Below are positions 46,129 to 55,092 of a stretch of DNA of 64,000 nt, in pieces; within the stretch, counting starts at the first letter, position 1; each line of letters starts with the position of its first letter. This DNA is from an uncultured Gemmatimonadales bacterium (GTDB lineage Bacteria; Gemmatimonadota; Gemmatimonadetes; Gemmatimonadales; GWC2-71-9): positions 1,312,001-1,376,000 of the forward strand of contig CAVYSW010000003.1 of the NCBI GenBank assembly GCA_963771275.1, read 5' to 3'. Position numbers and translations under genes: made by a program. Under the pieces are notes generated by a model. That model searched no databases. It was not told the DNA's origin and saw only the letters and a program-made list of their open reading frames with translations.

Positions 46129-47883
46129 CTACCGTGGCGCCTGATTGATCGGAAGGGTCACGGTGAAGCAGGTTCCCTCGCCGACCTTGCTCTTGACGTC
46201 GATGTGGCCGCCCAGCTTCTGCACGATGCCGTAGGTGATGGAGAGCCCCAGGCCCGTTCCCGCCCCCTTCTTGGTCGTGAAGAACGGATCGAAGATGCGG
46301 GCCAGGTGCGACTCGGGGATCCCCACCCCGTCGTCCGCGACGCTCACGGCCACCGCGTCCGGTCCGGCCGGCTGAACGCCGATCTCGATGCGTCCGCCGT
46401 CACTGACGGCGGCGAAGGCGTTGTTGAGGATGTTGAGGAACACCTGTTGCAGCTGACCCCGGTCGCTGACGATCGTCGGCGGATCCGCGGGGTAGTCGAA
46501 CTCGATCGTCACGTTGCGGAAGCTCGCTTCCTTCTCCAGGAAGCTCAGAACCTCCCTGAGCAACAGGTCGAGATTGATGCTCTCGCTCTGCACGTCCATG
46601 TGCTTGGCGAACCCCAGCAGGCGGTGCGTGATGCCGCCGCAGCGGTCGGCCGCCTTGGTGATCGCTCCCACCAGCGTGATGAGCTTCTGACGGGGCGGGA
46701 GCTCGCCCGATTGCTCCAGGAGGTCGCGCAGCAGCCCGGCGTTCTGCGTGATGATGGCAAGGGGGTTGTTGATCTCATGGGCCACCCCAGCGCCCAGCCG
46801 GCCGATAGCCGCGAGCTTGTTGGTGTACTCCACCTTGTGGTAGATCGCGGCCCGCTTGCGATCCGCGTCGCGGACGCGGTTCACCATGTACACCGTGCCG
46901 GTGATGACCACGGCGAGAATGACGATGCTGCCGATCGCCGGGAACAGCAGCACGTCGCGCCGGAGGGTGCGCCACCCGGCGTGCAGCTCCACCCGCGGCG
47001 TGAGCAGCACCAATGTGAAGGGCGAGCGGTCGATGCCGGCGTACGCGACGATCAGCGGCTCGCCGCGCTCGTCCGTGAGATCGACGAGCTCCGGCTGCGG
47101 GCTGCGGGGCAGTGGCGGGAGGGGAGCCCGGTCGAGGACGTCCCCGTAGTGCTGCGACGGTGTCTGGAGCGTACCGTCCCGGTTGATGATGAACACATCG
47201 CTGAAGGGTTCCACGCCCACCGAGTGGCACCGCCGGCAGACCGTTCCCTGCTCCGGGCGGCGCGACGTACGGGACCGGACGAGAAAGTGGAACACGTCGG
47301 TGTCGATCGTCGCGCGCAGCACGAACTGGTGGCCGTCATCCCGCACCTGCTGGATCGCGATCACGATGTGCGGAAGGTTCCGATAGCCGAGGAATACGTC
47401 GCTGACATAGGAGCCCTGCGCGCGGACCTCACGGAACCACGCGTGGTCCGCGTAGTTCCGCCCCCTAAGGTCGTACGGACCGGCGTAGGCGATCTGCAGG
47501 CCGTCCTCGTCGATCACCCCCAGATCGACGATGCCGCCGAACGTGAACTTCACATTGGCGAGCAGCGAGTCGAGCTGCCTCGACTGCAGCAGTTTGTCGA
47601 ACGGCGTTTCCCGGGCGATCATGGCGAGCGCCGACAGGCGCTCGGAGAGGAACGACTCGAGCGATTGCTTGCCGGCGGTGGCGAACCGCACCATGGGCCG
47701 GGTCAGCTCGGTGTGGAACGCGTCTTCGTACTGATGGTAGTTGATGCTCGCCATGATGAGGAGGGGCAGGACGGCGACGGCGGACACGGAGAGCACCGCG
47801 CCGAGCAGCATGCGGCGGTACCGCCCCCCGGACAGCAGGTGCCGCTCCTCCGGACGGAAGTCCTGCGTGGCGTCGTCCGTCAT
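46129..47883 (-). CDS. Membrane sensor histidine kinase (Cache-type, NtrB-like) with extracytoplasmic CxxCH
   Basis: Two TM helices flank a Cache-like region (WF...YVSDVFLGYR); AHEINNPL, NNAFAA, DDGVGI, PFFTTK, GTGLGL; CRRCH at 47224-47238. Confidence 0.9.
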   Translation of the reverse strand: MTDDATQDFRPEERHLLSGGRYRRMLLGAVLSVSAVAVLPLLIMASINYHQYEDAFHTELTRPMVRFATAGKQSLESFLSERLSALAMIARETPFDKLLQSRQLDSLLANVKFTFGGIVDLGVIDEDGLQIAYAGPYDLRGRNYADHAWFREVRAQGSYVSDVFLGYRNLPHIVIAIQQVRDDGHQFVLRATIDTDVFHFLVRSRTSRRPEQGTVCRRCHSVGVEPFSDVFIINRDGTLQTPSQHYGDVLDRAPLPPLPRSPQPELVDLTDERGEPLIVAYAGIDRSPFTLVLLTPRVELHAGWRTLRRDVLLFPAIGSIVILAVVITGTVYMVNRVRDADRKRAAIYHKVEYTNKLAAIGRLGAGVAHEINNPLAIITQNAGLLRDLLEQSGELPPRQKLITLVGAITKAADRCGGITHRLLGFAKHMDVQSESINLDLLLREVLSFLEKEASFRNVTIEFDYPADPPTIVSDRGQLQQVFLNILNNAFAAVSDGGRIEIGVQPAGPDAVAVSVADDGVGIPESHLARIFDPFFTTKKGAGTGLGLSITYGIVQKLGGHIDVKSKVGEGTCFTVTLPINQAPR

Positions 47884-47933
47884 GCTCCCGTCCGCGGTGC
47901 GCGCATCGAAGGTGGTGGCTGCACGGCCGGGCG

Positions 47934-48845
47934 TTACTCGCCGTCGCGGCGGATGCACCCCGCCCGACGTACCGTGTCCACGAGGTGGGTGAGATCGACG
48001 GGCTTGCGCAGGTAGTCGAACGCGCCCAGGCGGCGGGCCTCCTCTTCGTCTTCGTCGGAGCCGTGTCCCGTCATGATGATGACCTGGACCAGGGGGTGCA
48101 TCGCCTTCACCCGCCGCAGCACTTCCATCCCGCCGATCCCCGGCATCTTGAGATCGAGCACGATCACGTCGGGAATCTCGGTCCGGAGCATGTCGAGCGC
48201 CTGCTGCCCGCTCAACGCCACCTCGCCGCCGAGATCGCGCATCTCCATCCGCTCGGCCATGGTCCGCACGAAATCCTCCTCGTCGTCGACGAACAGGACC
48301 TTGAGGGCCTCGGGGTGGGAGGGGAAGCGCTCGGGCGCCCGCTCGGGCTCCGCGGCAGCCCGCCGCGGCAGGGGCTCCTCCAACATCCCCTTGGCCATCT
48401 CGGGCACGTCCGCCTCGGCCATGGCGGCAGCACCCATGCTGCGGGAGAATTCGTCGCGGGAGTCCTTGAGGACGTTGAGGCCCTTTCGCCAGGCCGCCCG
48501 GATCGTGTGCAGCAGGTGGTGCGTGTCGGCCGGCTTCTGGAGGTATTCGAAAGCGCCCAGCCGACGCGCCTGAGTCTCCTCCGTGGCGGAGCCGTGCCCG
48601 GTGAGGATCACGACCTGGACGTTGGGGTGCTCCTGCTTGACCCGCTCCAGCACCGCCATGCCATCGATGCCCGGCATGCGCAGGTCGAGCACCATCACGT
48701 CGGGCGCCTCGTCCTCGACCATGCGCAGGGCTTGCTCGCCGCTCAACGCGACGCGGCTATCGACGTCGCGCATCTCCATCCGCGCGGCCATCGTTCGCAC
48801 GTAGTCTTCCTCGTCGTCGACGAGTAGCACCTTGATCTTGCTCAT
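47934..48845 (-). CDS. Tandem REC-REC response regulator
   Basis: Two near-duplicate REC domains (V[LF]VDDEED.VRTMA.RMEMRD...DL.MPGI.GM...TGHGS...KP). Confidence 0.9.
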   Translation of the reverse strand: MSKIKVLLVDDEEDYVRTMAARMEMRDVDSRVALSGEQALRMVEDEAPDVMVLDLRMPGIDGMAVLERVKQEHPNVQVVILTGHGSATEETQARRLGAFEYLQKPADTHHLLHTIRAAWRKGLNVLKDSRDEFSRSMGAAAMAEADVPEMAKGMLEEPLPRRAAAEPERAPERFPSHPEALKVLFVDDEEDFVRTMAERMEMRDLGGEVALSGQQALDMLRTEIPDVIVLDLKMPGIGGMEVLRRVKAMHPLVQVIIMTGHGSDEDEEEARRLGAFDYLRKPVDLTHLVDTVRRAGCIRRDGE

Positions 48846-48866
48846 CGGGCCCTCCCTAGCGGGCCA

Positions 48867-49529
48867 TCAGGCCGCGGTCGCCGCCGGGAAGAGAAGCCGG
48901 AAGCGACATCCCCCACCGGCCACGTCGAGCGAGCCACCGAGACCGTCCACGAGCTCCGCGAGCCGGCTCCAGCCGGCGGTGTCCGTCGGGGCGGATCCCG
49001 TGTCACCGCCCGTCAGCTCCGCGGCACACTCGACGGAGGCGCGTCCGTCGTGCCGCGCGGCGCACAGGGTCACCGTCCCCGGGGCGGAAAGCCGCTCCAT
49101 GCAGCACTCCACCGCTGCGAAAAGCGCCATCTGCAGTCGCAGGGCGTTGCTTCGAACCGCGAGATCCGGATCGCCCGGTCGCACCTCCAACGCGTGCCCC
49201 CGCTGCCGCGCGAAGCGCTGGCTCAGGAACGCCGCCTGGCGCACCTCCTGGTCCAGCTGGAGCACCGCCGCTGCATGCTCCAGGGCGTGGGCGAAGCGGT
49301 TCAGGCTCGAGACGATGTCGGCGCCGCGCGCGACCTGGGTGCCGATCCGGTCGACGCAGCGCAGCAGCCTGCTCGGGTCGGGGGCGCCGCGCCGCTCCAC
49401 GGCGCGCACGAGGTCCTCGATCAGTCCCGCGGACTCCTTCACGATCGCCAGCACGTTGCGCATCTCGTGTGTGGCGCTGGCCGTGATGGCGGCAATGAAC
49501 GCCGCTTCGCGATCGTCTGACGTGCTCAT
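48867..49529 (-). CDS. Sensorless histidine-kinase-like protein with degenerate ATPase domain
   Basis: THEMRNVLAIVKE H-box, RFAH; N and G boxes not recognisable. Confidence 0.7.
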   Translation of the reverse strand: MSTSDDREAAFIAAITASATHEMRNVLAIVKESAGLIEDLVRAVERRGAPDPSRLLRCVDRIGTQVARGADIVSSLNRFAHALEHAAAVLQLDQEVRQAAFLSQRFARQRGHALEVRPGDPDLAVRSNALRLQMALFAAVECCMERLSAPGTVTLCAARHDGRASVECAAELTGGDTGSAPTDTAGWSRLAELVDGLGGSLDVAGGGCRFRLLFPAATAA

Positions 49530-49565
49530 GCTCGAGCCAGCATCTCCGCAGCCCCCACCCGTGAT

Positions 49566-51569
49566 TTACGTGAGTGCACCGGCAGGCGCCAGCCGGCGCT
49601 CGATCCACTCCTCCGCGTGCTCCACGGCCGCGGTGAACGCGTCGTGGGCGTAGAGCGTCGCCGCGTACGCCGCCACGGCCCGCTCCAGGTCGTCCGCCGT
49701 CCAGATGGTGACGCCGTCGGGGGGCGCGGTGCCCCGCAACGAGCCGAACGAGTTGAAGTCGACGATCGTGAGCGGCCGCGCGGCAAAATCGCGCAGCCCG
49801 CGCAGCAGCGCGGGATCCAGGACGGGGTCATTCTGGTCGATGCCGAAGAACACGAAATCGGCATCGCCGATCGCCTGGACGACGCCCGGCTCGGCGTAGG
49901 CATGGACGCGCAGCCGGCGGCCGTGCCCGATCGCGGCACGCAGCAGCTTCATCTGGCCGTGGTGGTCCCGATACACCAGCGTCAGCTGACGGTGCGGGAC
50001 ATGGAACCGCTCCGCCAACGCAGCCAAGATCGATCGTGAGGTGGTCGAGCCTCCGATGACGACGTGGTGACGGTCGTCGAAGACGGCACCATGGTCGCGC
50101 AGGTGCGACAGCGCCGCGAGGCAATACCCGGTGCTGAACCGTCCCCACGGGGTCTCGGCGCGGACCTCCGCCGCGAGCGCGGCCGCCTGCCCGACCAGCT
50201 CTGCCGCGCGGGCGCCGGCGACGCCGCTGCAATTGGCGATCCGCAGCGCCGTCTGTAGCTGGGCCACGACGTCGGTGTCCCCGGGGAGCGCGCTGTTCAA
50301 CCCGCACGCCGTGCGCATCAGATGATGCCGCGCAGCGTCACCGAAGAGTACGTTGACCGCGAGGCCCTGCGGCTCGCAGCCGTACAGTTGGTGGCGGATC
50401 CGCGCCGCGACGCACTCGCGGGCCGCGACGTCGTCGACCTCGGTGGCCCACCCATAGAATTCGATGCGCTGGCAGGTGTCCCATACCAGGGCTTCGGCAA
50501 CGAGACCCTGCTCCCGAGCCCACTGCAGCAGGGCGTGCAGTGCCTTGCGCGACTTTCGCACGCCGGCGAACGCCGGCGCGGTGCTGTGGCGCACCTGCGG
50601 GCCATGCGTGGCGCGAATGCCGTTCGCGAGCGAGGCGCCGATCATGATCAGCGAACGCTCGCCGGCGCCGATCTCCTCGACGCCGGGCAGCGGAGCCGGA
50701 GGCGGGGGCGAGGCCGCTGCGGTCAACGGACGCGATCCGCGGAGCACGAGATCCCGGAGGACGGGGACGACCTGGTCCTGGTCGTCGAGCCGCGGGCAGA
50801 TCACAAGCTGGACCGCGTGGTCTTCGCCGAGATCGCGGCCCGTGATGGCGGGGGGCGCAAGCGGTCCGGGGCCATCGCCGAACCCGGTAAGCGGGCACAG
50901 CAGCACGCTGCGGACGCCCGCGCGCCGGAGCTCGGCGAGCCGCGCGGCCGCGCCGGCGCCGAGCGCATCGGGTGCGGCGGGCTCGCGCCAGGCCAGCGAT
51001 ACCCGCTCGGCCGGCCAGCCGAGTCGCCCGGAGACGAGCGCGACGGTCCGTTGCAGCTGCCGCACCCAGGGATCGCCGTCGCACCGGGGCGACTCGAAAC
51101 CGCCGTCTGCCCAGAAGAGCAGATGCGCGGTCTGGGAGCACATCCCGTGCGACGCCGCGTGCTTCGCGATCACGGCCGCCTGCGCGTTCACGTATCCCGC
51201 GTCGTCGTGCCAGCTGGCGCGGATGCCGACGTTGATCGGCTCGTCGCGGTGTGCAAGCAGCCGATACAGCTCGCGCGCGACCGCGCCGTTGGTGAGGTCG
51301 CTGAAGTGCGGGGACAGCGGCACGACCACCAGCTCCGTCGCGCCGTCCGCGATCACGGCCTCCAGGGCGTCCGCGATCGACGGCTGGCCGTGGAGCGATG
51401 CCCCGCGCACCTGCCAGCCGGCGGGCAGCACGGCCGCCAGCGCCCGGACGTGGTGCGCGAGCGGCCCGACGGACGTTGCTCCCGCGCCGACCCGCACCAG
51501 CAGGGCGGCGCGGGCCGGGCCGGCGGGCTCGGGCGATGGGTGGGTGAGGAAGGCAGGCATGGTGCTCAT
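49566..51569 (-). CDS. Ferrochelatase-like / glutamyl-tRNA reductase-like fusion
   Basis: N-half GQPSIADAL...LVVVPLSPHFS...SWHDDAGYVNA...DPW..Q (HemH-like); C-half TCQRIEFY, HLMRTACGLNSALPGDTDVVAQL, VRAET (HemA-like). Confidence 0.75.
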   Translation of the reverse strand: MSTMPAFLTHPSPEPAGPARAALLVRVGAGATSVGPLAHHVRALAAVLPAGWQVRGASLHGQPSIADALEAVIADGATELVVVPLSPHFSDLTNGAVARELYRLLAHRDEPINVGIRASWHDDAGYVNAQAAVIAKHAASHGMCSQTAHLLFWADGGFESPRCDGDPWVRQLQRTVALVSGRLGWPAERVSLAWREPAAPDALGAGAAARLAELRRAGVRSVLLCPLTGFGDGPGPLAPPAITGRDLGEDHAVQLVICPRLDDQDQVVPVLRDLVLRGSRPLTAAASPPPPAPLPGVEEIGAGERSLIMIGASLANGIRATHGPQVRHSTAPAFAGVRKSRKALHALLQWAREQGLVAEALVWDTCQRIEFYGWATEVDDVAARECVAARIRHQLYGCEPQGLAVNVLFGDAARHHLMRTACGLNSALPGDTDVVAQLQTALRIANCSGVAGARAAELVGQAAALAAEVRAETPWGRFSTGYCLAALSHLRDHGAVFDDRHHVVIGGSTTSRSILAALAERFHVPHRQLTLVYRDHHGQMKLLRAAIGHGRRLRVHAYAEPGVVQAIGDADFVFFGIDQNDPVLDPALLRGLRDFAARPLTIVDFNSFGSLRGTAPPDGVTIWTADDLERAVAAYAATLYAHDAFTAAVEHAEEWIERRLAPAGALT

Positions 51570-52048
51570 TTCCTGTTTGCGTCGCGAGCGAGAAAGTCCG
51601 CGATCTGGTCTCGTGTTTGTCGGGCGCGCGCCGGATCGTTGCCGTCGGTGAACACGGCCACGGTCAGGTCGTCGCGTTGCAGCAGCGCCCCGAAGATCAC
51701 CTGCGAGCGTTCCGCCGAGGATGCATCGCAGGCGAGCATGCCTCGTTCCGCCGCGCTGCGAACGACGGCGGCGTTCAGGGCCTCGTCTCCCGTCGCGGCC
51801 ACGGCGAGCGATGCGCCCTCCAGGTGCTCGACGCGAAACGGCTCCGGCAGCCAGCGCACGCGCCCGGTGTCGACGAGTGCCGCGAGCTCCTCCGAAATGC
51901 GCGGCGCGACGACCGAAACGTGCGCCCCGGCCCGGACCAGCGTCTCGACCTTGCGCGTTCCAACGGGACCGCCCCCCACGACCAAGCAACGGGCGCTCCG
52001 GAGGCGCAGCCCGATCGGGAGAAACCGCAGCGGACCCGCGGTAGGCAT
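51566..52048 (-). CDS. sirC: Precorrin-2 dehydrogenase (SirC / CysG N-terminal)
   Basis: LPIGLRL...LVVGGGPVGTRK...VVAP...AATGDEALN...AVFTDG. Confidence 0.85.
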   Translation of the reverse strand: MPTAGPLRFLPIGLRLRSARCLVVGGGPVGTRKVETLVRAGAHVSVVAPRISEELAALVDTGRVRWLPEPFRVEHLEGASLAVAATGDEALNAAVVRSAAERGMLACDASSAERSQVIFGALLQRDDLTVAVFTDGNDPARARQTRDQIADFLARDANRK

Positions 52049-52061
52049 GGATCGTCCGGCT

Positions 52062-52508
52062 TCAGTGCCCGACATTCAACACGCCGCTCGCCGCGAGCGC
52101 GAGAATCAGGCTCTCCACGACGGCGAACGCGGCGTAGACGAAGTCCCGTTTCCGGAGCAGCGTGGGGACGATCCCCACGTAGCACGCGACCGTGACACCG
52201 GACAGCAGCACGATCCCCGAGAAATTCAGATAGTCACCCTTGTTCAGCACGGCGATCCAGGACCAGCCGGTCACGAGGTGCGCGCGGTGCAAGTGCTCGG
52301 CGTTGATCGTGCTCAGGTAGTCGTGGACGTTCATGCTCCAGTAGGTCGGCAGATCCTCCAGCGGCACGGCCGGCTCGACGACGCCGAAGACGTACAGCGC
52401 GAACGTCACGACGAGGATGGTCAATCCGATGTAGACGCCGGTTTCGAGAATCCGGGCGTAGAGCAGCTGCTCATCCTTGACCACCGGGGCCTTCACGTCT
52501 TCGGACAT
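52062..52508 (-). CDS. DUF1634-like membrane protein (TauE partner)
   Basis: EQLLYARILE, YWS, GWSW, GDYLNF.GI; 3 TM; directly after tauE. Confidence 0.7.
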   Translation of the reverse strand: MSEDVKAPVVKDEQLLYARILETGVYIGLTILVVTFALYVFGVVEPAVPLEDLPTYWSMNVHDYLSTINAEHLHRAHLVTGWSWIAVLNKGDYLNFSGIVLLSGVTVACYVGIVPTLLRKRDFVYAAFAVVESLILALAASGVLNVGH

Positions 52509-52534
52509 CGTGACGTCCCCCCCTGATCGCTCCA

Positions 52535-53518
52535 CTAGATGATGAAGGGCAGACCCAGTCCCTGGGTCGCGGCCTTCGCCCCCGAGAACAACAGCAACGC
52601 GATCACGACCCAGCGAATGAACGCCGGCTTGGCGACCCGCAGAATGCGGACGCCGATGATCGATCCCAGCATGATGCCGATCAGCGACGGAACCACCATC
52701 ATGGGGATCACGCATCCCTTGTTGAGGTAGATCCACGCCGCGGACGTGTCCGTGATGGACAGGAGGAACTTGCTGGTCGCCACGCTGATCTTGAGGGGCG
52801 CGCCGAGCACCAGGTTCAGGACCGGGACGTTTGCCCAGCCCGCGCCGAGGCCGAACATGCCCGCCATCACGCCGATGACGATGAACAGCAGCAGGCCGGT
52901 TGTCGTGCGGTGGATCTTCCAGTTGATGGTCTGCCCCATGCTGGCTTCGCGGTACACGCCGTAGATCTGCAGGGCCGACGACAGCCGGTCGGCGACCGGA
53001 ACCTGTGGGAACTCGGACTTCCTCGCGGCCATCATGATGGCGACGATCGCGAGGATCGTGACGCCCAGCGCCGTCTGCACGACGTCGGTGGGCAGCGCAA
53101 GGCCGATCATGGCGCCGATGATGGCGCAGGTCGAGGCGATCAGCGCCAGCGGCATGGCGAGACGGAGACTCGCCAGGTTCATCCGCAGGAAGCCCGGTCC
53201 CGCGGCGAGCGCGCCGCTCAGCGCCACCAGCAGACCGCACCCGCGGACGAAATCGAGGTGAAACGGGAGAAAGCCGCTGACGATCGGCACGAACAGCACC
53301 CCGCCGCCCACGCCGCCGAGGGCGGCCAGGATCCCCATGAAGAACGTGAGCACGAACAAGACGAGCGGCCAGATCCACCACGACGTCAGGCCGTCCGGCG
53401 CGAGCGTCGTGGCCGGATCGCTCGCGAGCAGCAGCGTGGGGCGCAGCAGCAGCAGGGCCGCCAGGATCGCCGCGGCCGACGCGCAGCCAAGGAGCACGTC
53501 GCGCACCCGAATGCCCAC
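52535..53518 (-). CDS. TauE/SafE family sulfite exporter
   Basis: GGVGGGVLFVP, GMFGLGAGWANVP, ATSKF, PSLIG...G. Confidence 0.88.
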   Translation of the reverse strand: MGIRVRDVLLGCASAAAILAALLLLRPTLLLASDPATTLAPDGLTSWWIWPLVLFVLTFFMGILAALGGVGGGVLFVPIVSGFLPFHLDFVRGCGLLVALSGALAAGPGFLRMNLASLRLAMPLALIASTCAIIGAMIGLALPTDVVQTALGVTILAIVAIMMAARKSEFPQVPVADRLSSALQIYGVYREASMGQTINWKIHRTTTGLLLFIVIGVMAGMFGLGAGWANVPVLNLVLGAPLKISVATSKFLLSITDTSAAWIYLNKGCVIPMMVVPSLIGIMLGSIIGVRILRVAKPAFIRWVVIALLLFSGAKAATQGLGLPFII

Positions 53519-53553
53519 CCGCCATGCCTCCTTGCCCCGCGCGCGCTCGGCGC

Positions 53554-54372
53554 TCAGGGATACGGGTCAAACCACTGGAGCTTCAGCCGCACCGCCGTCA
53601 CACCGGGGACCGAGCGGGCGATCTCGCTGATCCGGTCGCCCGTCTTGCCGGTCGCTCGCAGCGGGGCCGCGCCCGAGACCTCGACCACTCCGTCCTGCGC
53701 TTCGACCTCGAGGCCGTACCCGCGGGTCTCCGGCGCGCTCACGAGCGCGAGCTTGACCCGACAGGCCAGGCGGAAGTCCGTGAGCTGCGCCGCGACGCGG
53801 TCCGTGATCGCGAAGTCCGGCTGCGTGAGCGTAGTCGTGAGCAGTTCGCAGGCGACCGGGATGGACATCATCTCGAGGTTCAGGACCATGTCGTAGAGCG
53901 CCGGGTCCTCGATGTCCTCGCCGTACATCATGCGGACCCACCGCGCCCGCTGTGCGTCGACCCGCCGGACGAACTGCTCGGCCGCGAACCGGTCCATCCC
54001 CTCCGCCTCGACCAGCACGCGCAGCCGCAGCGCGAGCGGGGCGATCAGCCGCACGCGCAACACAGCCGGCAGGCCCTGCAGCAGCAGCTGCCCGGCGAGG
54101 CCGTGGTACACCAGGTTGCCGCCGCCGAGATGCTCGGCCAACGCCGCCTGGACGGCCACGACGTACACGCGCCGGATTGCCGCATGGCGATCCCACAGGC
54201 GCGGCGCCTGCTCCATCTTCTGGGCGAGGCTTTCTTCGGAGACGCCGAGCTCCGCCGCCGCCTGCTGAGCCACCTCCCGCCCCAGCAGCGGATACTGCAG
54301 GCGGTCCGCCAGACATTCGGCCAGCGCCTTCCCGCCGCTCCGGGTGCCCCGACAGATCGTGATGATCGCCAC
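53554..54372 (-). CDS. Cytidylate-kinase-like protein with C-terminal BON domain
   Basis: IITICRGTRSGGK, LVYHG, RVRLIAP, W...YG.D..DP.LYD; BON-like VEAQDGVVEVSG...ARSVPGV. Confidence 0.8.
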   Translation of the reverse strand: MAIITICRGTRSGGKALAECLADRLQYPLLGREVAQQAAAELGVSEESLAQKMEQAPRLWDRHAAIRRVYVVAVQAALAEHLGGGNLVYHGLAGQLLLQGLPAVLRVRLIAPLALRLRVLVEAEGMDRFAAEQFVRRVDAQRARWVRMMYGEDIEDPALYDMVLNLEMMSIPVACELLTTTLTQPDFAITDRVAAQLTDFRLACRVKLALVSAPETRGYGLEVEAQDGVVEVSGAAPLRATGKTGDRISEIARSVPGVTAVRLKLQWFDPYP

Positions 54373-54428
54373 GCGCTAGTCCCCTCGGGGGTCCACCCGG
54401 GTCGGTCGCCGCGGTCGCGCGCGCCGTC

Positions 54429-55082
54429 TCATGGCTGTCCGGCCGTCGCCGCGCGGAGGCGCTCGCGACACTCGGCGGCGAACGTCTGGTGCGCGGTGCG
54501 TACCGCCTCGGTGATTTCGTACTGCGGCTGCCGCGCCAGCGCCGCGATGATCGCGCAGGCGGTGCCAAGCGCGATCTCGCGCAGGTTGATCGTCAGATCG
54601 TAGAGCGACGGAGACGTGACGTCCGCATTGTACATCAGCCTGACCCAGCGCCTGCGGTCCTGGTCGACCCGGCGGATGAAGCGCATGGCCGCCTGCTGAC
54701 TCGTCGCGTGATGCGTGGCGACCAGCGACCGGACCCGCATCTCGAGCGGCGCGATCAAGCGCACGCGCAAAACGCCGGGCAGGCCGCGCAGCAGGAACTG
54801 GCCCGCCAGACCATGGTAGACCAGGTCGCCGCGCGCCACGTGCTCCGCCAACGCCGCCTGGACCCCGACCAGATACCGCTGGCGCTCGGGCGTGCGCAGC
54901 GCCCAGCGGGCGGGCGGCGTCTCCAGCTTGCTGCGCACCGCCTCCTCAGAGGCGCCCAGGGCCCGTGCCGCATCCTGCAGGATCTCGCGGCCGACGCACG
55001 GATACCCGAGGGTCTCGGCGAGGCACTCCGCCACCGCCCGGCCGCCGCTCAGCGTCCCCCGCGAGATGGTGATGATCGGCAC
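54429..55082 (-). CDS. Cytidylate-kinase-like protein
   Basis: GTG 55082 with GGAG RBS; IITISRGTLSGG, LVYHG, RVRLIAP, WVRLMY...PSLYDL. Confidence 0.8.
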   Translation of the reverse strand: MPIITISRGTLSGGRAVAECLAETLGYPCVGREILQDAARALGASEEAVRSKLETPPARWALRTPERQRYLVGVQAALAEHVARGDLVYHGLAGQFLLRGLPGVLRVRLIAPLEMRVRSLVATHHATSQQAAMRFIRRVDQDRRRWVRLMYNADVTSPSLYDLTINLREIALGTACAIIAALARQPQYEITEAVRTAHQTFAAECRERLRAATAGQP

Positions 55083-55092
55083 GGATGCTCCC

